Source of the DNA: Chrysemys picta bellii
Taxonomy: Eukaryota
Direction of reading: 5' to 3'
NCBI RefSeq assembly: GCF_011386835.1
Contig: NC_088796.1
Location: 38,998,001-39,062,000, forward strand
DNA length: 64,000 bases
The notes under the pieces are model-generated. The model had not been told where the DNA came from and searched no databases. It saw only the letters and a list, made by a program, of their open reading frames with translations. Both the position numbers and the translations under genes were made by a program. Below, in pieces: positions 54,951 to 64,000 of this stretch; position 1 is the first letter of the stretch, and every line of letters starts with the position of its first letter.

Positions 54951-57497
54951 CACTGGTCTACAATTTTTGAGAAGTCGTCTGCTTCAGAGATAAAGTGTGC
55001 TATTTATTATGTATTTTGATGTGCTGAATTCAAATATGACAATTAAAACAACTAATTGGCTACTGTTTCTAAGATATTTAAGTTTTTACATTTTATATCT
55101 ATGTATATTGTGTAGATAGTAGAGTTTTAATCATAAATTGTAAACCTAGGTCTTTTCATGTGTTTATGGTTGCTTTACATGATAATATTTCACCTGTCCT
55201 GTTTATGTAACACTTTAAAAATCAGCAAAAGGGTTATATAAATAACATTTATTATGAAACAAAAGGCAAAAAACTATTATGTACATAGTTTAGTCCTATT
55301 CAGTGTCTACTTGGCGCTTCTTGGCTTGTCTCTTGTATTCATTAAATGGAGCATCTCTTGTCACTGTCCAGCAATAGTCTGCAAGCATTGATGGGCTCCA
55401 TTTGCCCTGATAGCATTTCTCCATTGTTGCAATGTCCTGGTGAAATCGCTCGCCGTGCTCGTCGCTCACTGCTCCGCAGTTCGGTGGAAAAAATCTAGAT
55501 GAGAGTGCAAAAAATGTATCTTTAGTGACATGTTGCAACCAAGGCTTTTGTATGCCTTGAGGAGGTTTTCCACCAACGACCTGTAGTTGTCTGCCTTGTT
55601 TCCGAGAAAATTTATTGCCACTAACTGGAAGGCTTTCCATGCCGTCTTTTCCTTGCCACGCAGTGCATTGTCAATTGCATCATCTCGAAGAAGTTGACGA
55701 ATCTGAGGACCAACAAAGACACCTTCCTTTATCTTAGCTTCACTTAACCTTGGAAATTTTCCACGGAGGTACTTGAAAGCTGCTTGTGTTTTGTCAATGG
55801 CCTTGACAAAGTTCTTCATCAGACCCAGCTTGATGTGTAAGGGTTGTAATAAAATCTTCCTTGATTCTACAAGTGGTGGATGCTGAACACTTTTCCTCAC
55901 AGGCTCCAATGACTGTCGGAGTGGCCAATCTTTCTTGATGTCGTGGGAATCTCTTGCATGACTATCCCATTCACAGAGAAAACAGCAGTACTTTGTGTAT
56001 CCAGTCTGCAGACCAAGCAAGAGAGCAACAACCTTCAAATCGCCACAAAGCTGCCACTGATGTTGGTCATAGTTTATGCACCTCAAAAGTTGTTTCATGT
56101 TGTCATAGGTTTCCTTCATATGGACTGCATGACCAACTGGAATTGATGGCAAAACATTGCCATTATGCAGTAAAACAGCTTTAAGACTCGTCTTCAATGA
56201 ATCAATGAACAGTCTCCACTCATCTGGATCGTGAACGATGTTGAGGGCTGCCATCACACCATCGATGTTGTTGCAGGCTACAAGATCACCGTCCATGAAG
56301 AAGAATGGGACAAGATCCTTTTGACGGTCACGGAACATGGAAACCCTAACATCACCTGCCAGGAGATTCCACTGCTGTAGTCTGGAGCCCAACAGCTCTG
56401 CCTTACTCTTGGGTAGTTCCAAATCCCTGACCAGGTCATTCAGTTCACCTTGTGTTATGAGGTGTGGTTCAGAGGAGGAGGATGGGAAAAAATGTGGGTC
56501 CTGTGACATTAATGGTTCAGGACCAGAAGTGTCATCCTCTTCCTCTTCCTCGTCTGACTCAAGTGAGAAGGATTCTGGTGCATCAGGAACCGGCAGTCCT
56601 TCACTGTGGGGTACTGGGCGTATAGCTGATGGAATGTTTGGATAATGCACAGTCCATTTTTTCTTCTTTGACACACCTTTCCCAACTGGAGGCACCATGC
56701 AGAAGTAACAATTGCTGGTATGATCTGTTGGCTCTCTCCAAATCATTGGCACTGCAAAAGGCATAGATTTCCTTTTCCTGTTCAACCACTGGCGAAGATT
56801 TGTTGCACAAGTGTTGCAGCATATGTGTGGGGCCCACCTCTTGTCCTGATCTCCAATTTTGCAGCCAAAATAAAGGTGATAGGCTTTCTTAACCATAGTG
56901 GTTATACTGCGCTTTTGTGATGCAAGAGTCACTTCACCACAAACGTAGCAGAAGTTATCTGCACTGTTCACACAAGTACGAGGCATCTCTGCGCACTTTG
57001 GCTAAACAGAAATGTGTCCCTTTGCAAAATCAAACACTGACAAATAAGAGAGCACGACACTGTATGATTTCTAGAGCTGATATAGGGCAATTTGTTCAGC
57101 AGAGTGATGTAAGCTTCATTATGATTGCATCATCCATGACTTCTAGGAATAACATGATGCAATTCATATCATGTATGACGCAATACCAGCGTCAGATTGC
57201 ATCATTCATTGTTTTGCCTAAAAGGCAAGTACTGTCCAAACCCAGTCATAGATTTATTCATAGATCCAGTCAAAGATGTATTTTAGTCACTTCTGGTTTA
57301 AATTGAGCTCCCTTCCCTTTATAACTCACTTATCCTCCGCCATTCCCAAGTCAAGGGTCGTATATGCTGACCCAATACCATATCTTGAAAACTAGAGCCA
57401 GTCAACAATTTTAAGCATCATTTTCGTTCTCGGTGACCCCAGAATTAGTAAAGTTTGACTACATTTATTTCAGAAGCATTTTGGCTGTAGAGCAGTG
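54951..57497 (-). mobile_element. Full-length Chapaev3-like (CMC/EnSpm superfamily) DNA transposon, 2547 bp
   Basis: 12-bp TIRs CACTGGTCTACA / CACTGCTCTACA (11/12 match); 3-bp TSD TAA; single transposase ORF. Confidence 0.85.
55296..56986 (-). pseudogene. Chapaev3-like DDE transposase (about 563 aa if repaired), one frameshift in the A6 run at 55488-55493
   Basis: Cys-rich N-terminus (CYVCGE, WAPHICCNTC, CYFC); FIDS (D), CGDLK (D), CFLC [C(2)C], PLHIKLG [LH], HFLHSH [H(4)H]; SDEHGERFHQ (E) lies in the +1-repaired frame. Confidence 0.85.
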
Positions 57498-60400
57498 TAA
57501 TTAGCAAAACTATAACCTGCATTCTTAAGAAATTATAACTCATACAATTGAACTCGCTGATGCATCATGGAATAGTTCATAAGTAATCTTCTATTAAACA
57601 ACAGTTCTGTGCATTCTGCATTTCTCTTTTATTACCAAGTGTATTTACGGGAAAGTATAATCTGACATTCTGGAAAAGTCTTTGTTTTCGATGATGTGCC
57701 TTTTCAGATGGTTTTTTTTGGTCTTTTGGAAAAATGAATTCTTTCGATGCAAACACCATCTGCCTCCATTTCTCTTAAAAGAAATGCTGTTGTCATTGCT
57801 GTTTCTTGAACACATTCTGGGTGCTGACATTATTCATGTTTTCTTAATCGATGACATTTTCTTTTGCATAAAATGATACAACAAAGCTACATATTGCACA
57901 ACGTTTTGGCTTTTGGTAAGCACTTTATCTATGTGTGTACAAATGCTGGGAAGAATTGTTGCAACAGTATTAAATTCCAGAGCAGAAAGATCTGCTGCAG
58001 AATGTTTGGCATGCTCCATTCCTGTTTCTGAAGTGAGACAGGGAAATAATTCAGATAGGTGTGACTTGATTTTAAATAAAAATAGGCTTGGCAGGATTCA
58101 GTTTAAATTGATAGATGTTGGTAAACATCAATTTCAGCTGAGATAGTGAAAGGGATGAAAAAAATCTTTTGGTAACAGCAGCCTCCCTGCCCTCACCTGC
58201 ACTTGCACCTGCAGGGATTGGATGTCATCGGCCCTGTGGTAGCAAAGAAAGTCCTCTGCAGCCCTGCTATCCTGGGAGTTAGCGATCGGGGCCATGACGC
58301 TGAGCTGCAGAGAGATTCCTGTGCTGTCACAGGGCTGATGACTCTGATTCCTGCATGCACAAGGAGTGGGGAAGGCTGTGGTCCCTCCCAGCTATGACCT
58401 GGAGGAGGATGAGACCCTAGCCAGAGGGGAGTCCACCATGCTGCTGAATGGCTTTGACCCTGGCAGGAGCTATTCCACAATAGGGTGGTCTCCCCCTGCG
58501 TCTGGTGGCCCATCTTCCTCCTGGCAGTCCTGGCCAAAGGCCTCTGCCCTGCCTCATCAGTACTGCACTTTCCTTGCGCCTGTAGGTATCAGGTATCACT
58601 GGCCCTGGAGCTGTGCAGCTCTGCTGTCATGACTCCACTTGTTCAGCAGGAACTGTTCAGCATCAGGGTGGCCTACCCCATGCTCAGGTGCTTGTCCTCA
58701 TCTTTGCAGCCATAATTGGGGTTTCTGTTCTGCTGAGCCAGGACTGTAACCTCCCCCACACCTTGTGGCAGGGTGCCTGGGACCCCTTCACCACGTGGGA
58801 AGCCGCCTGCAGCCTTGTTGTCAATACTGGGAAACTCCTGCAGCCCCACTGTCTGTGCTACCCTAACCCTACACCACCCCATAACTTCTTACAACCATAA
58901 AAATAAAAATAGTTAATTGTCAAAATTGAAAAGAAAATCCAATTCTGCCAAGCCTAAATATAAAATAGCAACACCGTTTAAATGTTAGATTTAGGCTACA
59001 AAGTAGATAACTTTACGGGCTTGGAAAGAGATTGAATTAATTGTTACCACTTGGTGGCAATATAACATACTATTTTATCACAAATTGAGATTTCTGGCTA
59101 TGAGTGAGTTGTTATACTGGGTTCTTTAGGATCCAGGCAATGCTAGATTTACATGCTTTTGCTGAAGTAATCCTTTGATTTATTTCTTCATAGCAATTTC
59201 CTTGCCGGTACTGTAGCTGTACCTGATTTATTTGTACAATTTAGAATTTTAGTTAACAGATTATATTAATTAATTCAAGTTCTAAACTAGTGAAATTGTC
59301 CAACTTTTAAAGGGTCAATTCTTCTTAAAGATAGGTTAGTTTTTAAAAGGAAATCTTAAACTTGAAATCTAGTCAGTTTTTAAAAAGTTAAAAAATAATT
59401 TGCTGCTACACTAGCCTCTGCCAATTTTTATGGTTTTATTATAATTTTCCTATAATTCAAAAAAGTTTTTTTCCCTCCTTCCACTGTGTCAGAGAGAGAG
59501 ACTCCATCCCTCTCGCTCGCTATTGCAGCATGCTCGGTGTAGAGGGGCAGGGCTTTGGGATGTTTCTGAGGAGGTCGGCGTGGGACAGGCACTGTCCCCT
59601 CAGAGCAAAATGTAGCAGCCTGCCTGCTTAGTGAATTGTTCCCATTCTCTTTGTGAATTCCCCCAGGAGTGTAAAACAGGTGTAAAATTTTAAGGCTCTT
59701 TTACATTGCCAGAGAGATGTAAAGGACAGTATGGCCTTATAAATACTTATGGTGCTTTACAGAACTGGTCTAAATTTTTTGGCTGAAAAAAATTCCTATC
59801 AGAATGTGCTCCAGGAACTGTTTGCTACTGACCTTTCTGGAGATGGTCAGTAGCCAATTTAAATTGTGAGTTTGATTCCCAAGCCCTCACTTGCTCTTCA
59901 GTTGTCTATGATGTAATACTGAGCATTTGGCTGCATATATTTGTTTACTAATAATTAGAAATAAAGGGTCAAACCTAGTTGCATTACTGTTAGGCAAGGA
60001 TGTTCGGGGAGTTCCTCCAATGCTTCCCACTCCCATTCTCCATCCATTGTATTGTAGTTTAAATATATTATTGAAGTAATTGAAACCAGAGTTGTTATTA
60101 TTGCGTTATTTTATTGCGTTATTTTGACAAATAAAATATGCAGAATTTTATATCGTGTGCAGAATTTTTAATTTTTTGCTGCAGAATTCTCCCATGAGTA
60201 GTTAATGTAACATTTGCTTCTTTTATGTTCATTTTTTGTTAAACGGACAGCAAGGTCATTATAAATTCACATTTAAAAGGGAAACAAATTTATGTTTTGT
60301 GGAAAAGTAAGTAATTAACATTCCCTGTTCAGATGAATTAGGTTTATGTGCATTAACATGGATGCCTAATGAGTGCAAATCTAGAATTTTCTAGGAATGT

Positions 60401-61064
60401 CTTTTGTCTCTAATTTTGAAGCTCTACAATCATTTAAACAGGTATAACATGCTTAAATGTATGAGATTGTGTAAATTAACTATTGGAAATTGATCAGTTA
60501 CTTTTAACAAAGCAACATTTTATTCAGAATAGACAAAAGAGCTAATATTTAATTTTCACTCATCTGACACTTTCATATCATCCCAGGTTGTGCTCTGCGT
60601 GTTGCGAAAGTTGAAGCTACTTACAGTACTATTCTGAGCCTGTTGCGCTTTGCAGAAAGGTAACTAATAAAAAAACACCTCCAAAGCTATGTCTACTATG
60701 TCTACACTACGGGATTAATCCGAATTTATATAATTCAAATTTTGGAAACAGATTGTATAAAGTCGAATGTATGCGGCCACACTAAGCACATTAATTCGGC
60801 GGTGTGCGTCCATGTACCGGGGCTAGCGTCAATTTCCGGAGCGTTGCACTGTGGGTAGTTATCCCATAGCTATCCCATAGTTCCCGCAGTCTCCCCCACC
60901 CATTGGAATTCTGGGTTGAGATCCCAGTGTCTGATGGAGCAAAAAACATTGTCGCAGGTGGTTCTGGGTACAGCCTCACCCCTCCCTCCATGAAAGCAAC
61001 GGCAGACTACCTTTTCGCGCCTTTTTTCCTGGGTGAACACTGCAGACTCCATACCATGGCAAGC

Positions 61065-62351
61065 ATGGAGCCCGCTCAGCTCAAGACAGCAGTCATGAAC
61101 ATTGTAAACAACTCGCGCATTCTCGTGCAGTTTATGCTGAGCCAGGACCAGAAAAACGAGGCGAGGAGGCGACGGCAGCGCAGCGACAAGCATGATGAGG
61201 ACATGGACATGGACACAGAATTCTCTCAAACCGCGGGCCCCGGAGCTTTGGAGATCATGTTGTTAATGGGGCAGGTTCTATCCGTGGAATGCCGATTCTG
61301 GGCCTGGGAAACAAGCACAGACTGGTGGACCGCATAGTGTTGCAGGTGTGGGACGATTCCCAGTGGCAGTGAAACTTTCGCCTGCGTAAGGGCATTTTCA
61401 TGGAACTTTGTGACTTGTTGTCCCCTGCCCTGAAACGCCAGAATACCAAGATGAGAGCAGCCCTCACAGTTGAGAAACGAGTGGCGATAGCCCTGTGGAA
61501 GCTTGCAATGCCAGACAGCTACCGGTCAGTCGGGAATCAATTTGGAGTGGGCAAATCTACTTTGGGGGCTGCTGTGATGCAAGTAGCCAAAGCAATCACT
61601 GAGGTGCTACTATGAAAGGTAGTGACTCTGGGAAATGTGCAGGTCATAGTGGATGGCTTTGCTGCAATGGGATTCCCTAACTGTGGTGGGGAGATAGATG
61701 GAACCCATATCCCTATCTTGGCACCGGAGCACCAAGCCACCGAGTACATAAACCGCAAGGGGTACTTTTCAATGGTGCTGCAAGCACTTGTGGATCACAA
61801 GGGACGTTTCACCAACATCAACGTGGGCTGGCCGGGAAGGGTTCATGATGCTCGCGTCTTCAGGAACACTACTCTGTTTAAATGGCTGCAGCAAGGGACT
61901 TACTTCCCGGACCAGAAAATAACCGTTGGGGATGTTGAAATGCCAATAGTTATTCTTGGGGACCCAGCCTACCCCTTAATGCCATGGCTCATGAAGCCAT
62001 ACACAGGCAGCCTGGACAGGAGTCAGGAGCTGTTTTTACAGGCTGAGCAAGTGCAGAATGGTGGTAGAATGTGCATTTGGCCGTTTAAAAGGTTGCTGGT
62101 GATCGTTACTGACTCGCTCAGACCTCAGCCAAACCAATCTCCCCATTGTTATTTCTGCTTGCTGTGTGCTCCACAATCTCTGTGAAAGTAAGGGGGAAAC
62201 TTTTATGGTGGGGTGGGAGGCTGAGGCAAATCGCCTGGCTGCTGATTACGTGCAGCCAGACACCGGGGCGATTAGAAGAGCACAGCAGGAAGCGCTGTGC
62301 ATCAGAGAAGCTTTGAAAACCAGTTTCATGACTGGCCAGGCAACAGTGTGA
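61065..62351 (+). pseudogene. Harbinger (HARBI1-like) DDE transposase, disrupted
   Basis: GEIDGTH, GDPAYPLMPWLMKPY and VVECAFGRLK motifs; frameshifts near 61330 and 62035; TGA at 61613-61615. Confidence 0.9.
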
Positions 62352-62575
62352 AATTTCTGTTTGTTTCTCTTTCATGAAAACCCGCCCCCTTTATTGACTC
62401 CTTCTCTGTAAGGAACCCACCCTCCCCCTTCCCCCAGCTTGCTTTCAAAGGAAATAAAGTCATTATTATTTAAAAATCATGTATTCTTTATTAATGGATT
62501 ATAAAAAGAGGGAGAGAACCCGGGGGGCGAGGGGGGGGGGCGTTGGGAGGAGGATCGGCGGGAAGGAAAAGGCCA

Positions 62576-63156
62576 CTAAAAAAAGATTAAAAAAATGACA
62601 GCCTTTTGCTTGGGCTGTCCACTGGGGTGGAATGGGAAGGTGTACTGAGCCTCCCCCCCCCCCCTCGTGTTCTTACACGTCAGGCTGAGAAAAAGATCCT
62701 GCCCGTTGGGGAGAACGGAGTGCTGGGTGCTCTCTGCAAGCTCGTCGTCGTCCTCCTCCTCCTCTTCCCGATCCGCAGAATCCTCAGGTGTAGCTGATGA
62801 GATTATCCCCGCCTCAGAATCCCTGGTCAGAGGTGGGGTAGTGGTGGCAGCCCCCCCTAGAACTGCATGCAGCTCGGTGTAGAAGTGGCATGTCCATGGC
62901 TCTGACCCGGAGCGACCGTTTGCCTCCTTTGTTTTTTGATAGGCTTGTCTGAGCTCCTTGACTTTCACGTGGCACTGATCTGAGTCCCTATTGTGGCCTC
63001 TCTCCATCATGCCCTTGGAGATTTTTCAAAAGTTTTGGCATTTCGTCTTTTCGAACGAAGTTCTGCTAGCACTGAATCCTCTCCCCATATAGCGATCAGA
63101 TCCAGTACCTCCTGTACGGTCCATGCTGGTGCTCTTTTTCGATTATCGGCCTGCAT
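62576..63156 (-). pseudogene. Harbinger Myb/SANT-like DNA-binding protein (ORF2), frameshifted and truncated
   Basis: RKRAPAWTVQEVLDLIAIWGE...GHNRDSDQCHVKVKELRQAY...FYTELHAVLGG; frameshift near 63020. Confidence 0.85.
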
Positions 63157-64000
63157 GGTTACCTGTGCTGATGAGCTGTCTGTGGTCACCTGTGCTCTCC
63201 ATGCTGGGCAAACAGGAAATAAAATTCAAATGTTCGCGGGGCTTTTCCTGTCTACCTGGCCAGTGCATCCGAGTTCAGATTGCTGTCCAGAGCGGTCACA
63301 ATGGTGCACTGTGGGATAGCTCCCGGAGGCCAATACCATCGAATTGCGGCCACACTAACCCTAATTCGAAATGACAATATCGATTTTGGCGCTACTCCAC
63401 TCATCGGGGTGGAGTGCAGAAATCGATTTTAAGAGCCCTTTATTTTGAAATAAATGGCTTCGATGTGTGGACGGGTGCAGGGTTAATTCGATTTAACGCT
63501 GCTAAATCCGAATTAAAGTCATAGTGTAGACCAGGCCCAAGAAACCCTGACCTTTTGTAAGGCACTGGATATGGAGAAAACTTGCAACCATAGATTGTGG
63601 GCTTGTTCTCCTACTGAAACTTATGAAGCCTATATGCTCTCAGAAGCGCTGTCATACAAAAGAAGACACTGGAAGAACTTTGGCTAATTTATGTCCAAGG
63701 TTGTATCCTCTGTGCTACCAGGCTAATACTGTTTATTGCTTTCTTCCTAATACTTGTACCATTCCAGGAAAAAAAGGATAAGTTAAGGATATAGTTCATC
63801 ACAATCTGAATGTTTATATTGTTCTTTTGTCAATAGGCAAATTCACCACTGAAAGTTGAAAGCTGCTAAACTTTCTGGTATCTTAACAATTACTCACTTC
63901 TAGTTTTCTCTTAGCATTTTAGGAGAGGATGGGCTGCATGCTACTAATGTGGAAAAATTGGCATTAGAGAGAGAAAATAGTTCTGTGGATAAGGCACTAA

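Larger units (their letters stand above)
60685..63537. mobile_element. PIF/Harbinger DNA transposon with two convergent ORFs, 2853 bp
   Basis: TIRs AGCTATGTCTAC[TATGTCTAC]ACTA / TAGTGTAGACCAGGCC; 3-bp TSD CAA. Confidence 0.9.

Noticed and set aside
55466-56986. 506-aa ORF as a host or domesticated gene
   Set aside because: Enclosed by TIRs and TSD, intronless, frameshifted before the catalytic Glu; nothing in the sequence indicates domestication
60598-60620. Peptide VLRKL resembling an IPO11 segment
   Set aside because: Five-residue match followed by unrelated sequence and a stop; upstream IPO11 coding exons are absent

Overview
Vertebrate genomic DNA, almost certainly from a turtle (tortoise Pol III-type SINEs and the Harbinger/hAT/CR1/DIRS repeat spectrum; species not determinable). 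The window holds the last 10 coding exons of KIF2A (+, 1024-30818, including a 114-nt cassette exon) and a complete 12-exon DIMT1 gene (-, 47393-35497, 309 aa). A CpG island at about 46850-47990 appears to be a bidirectional promoter shared with the probable non-coding first exon of IPO11; no IPO11 coding exon was found in the window. Introns are dense with transposable elements, many with TIRs and TSDs readable directly. Highlights: (1) four 86-204 bp Penelope-like pLTR mini-insertions, each with an 11-16 bp TSD and a minimal type I hammerhead-ribozyme motif, two of them palindromic; (2) a full-length 2547-bp Chapaev3/CMC-type DNA transposon whose transposase is broken by one homopolymer frameshift; (3) a two-ORF PIF/Harbinger element; (4) a hAT derivative with roughly 350-400 bp inverted arms; (5) a deleted DIRS tyrosine-recombinase retrotransposon. 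All family assignments come from recalled motifs; no database search was run.
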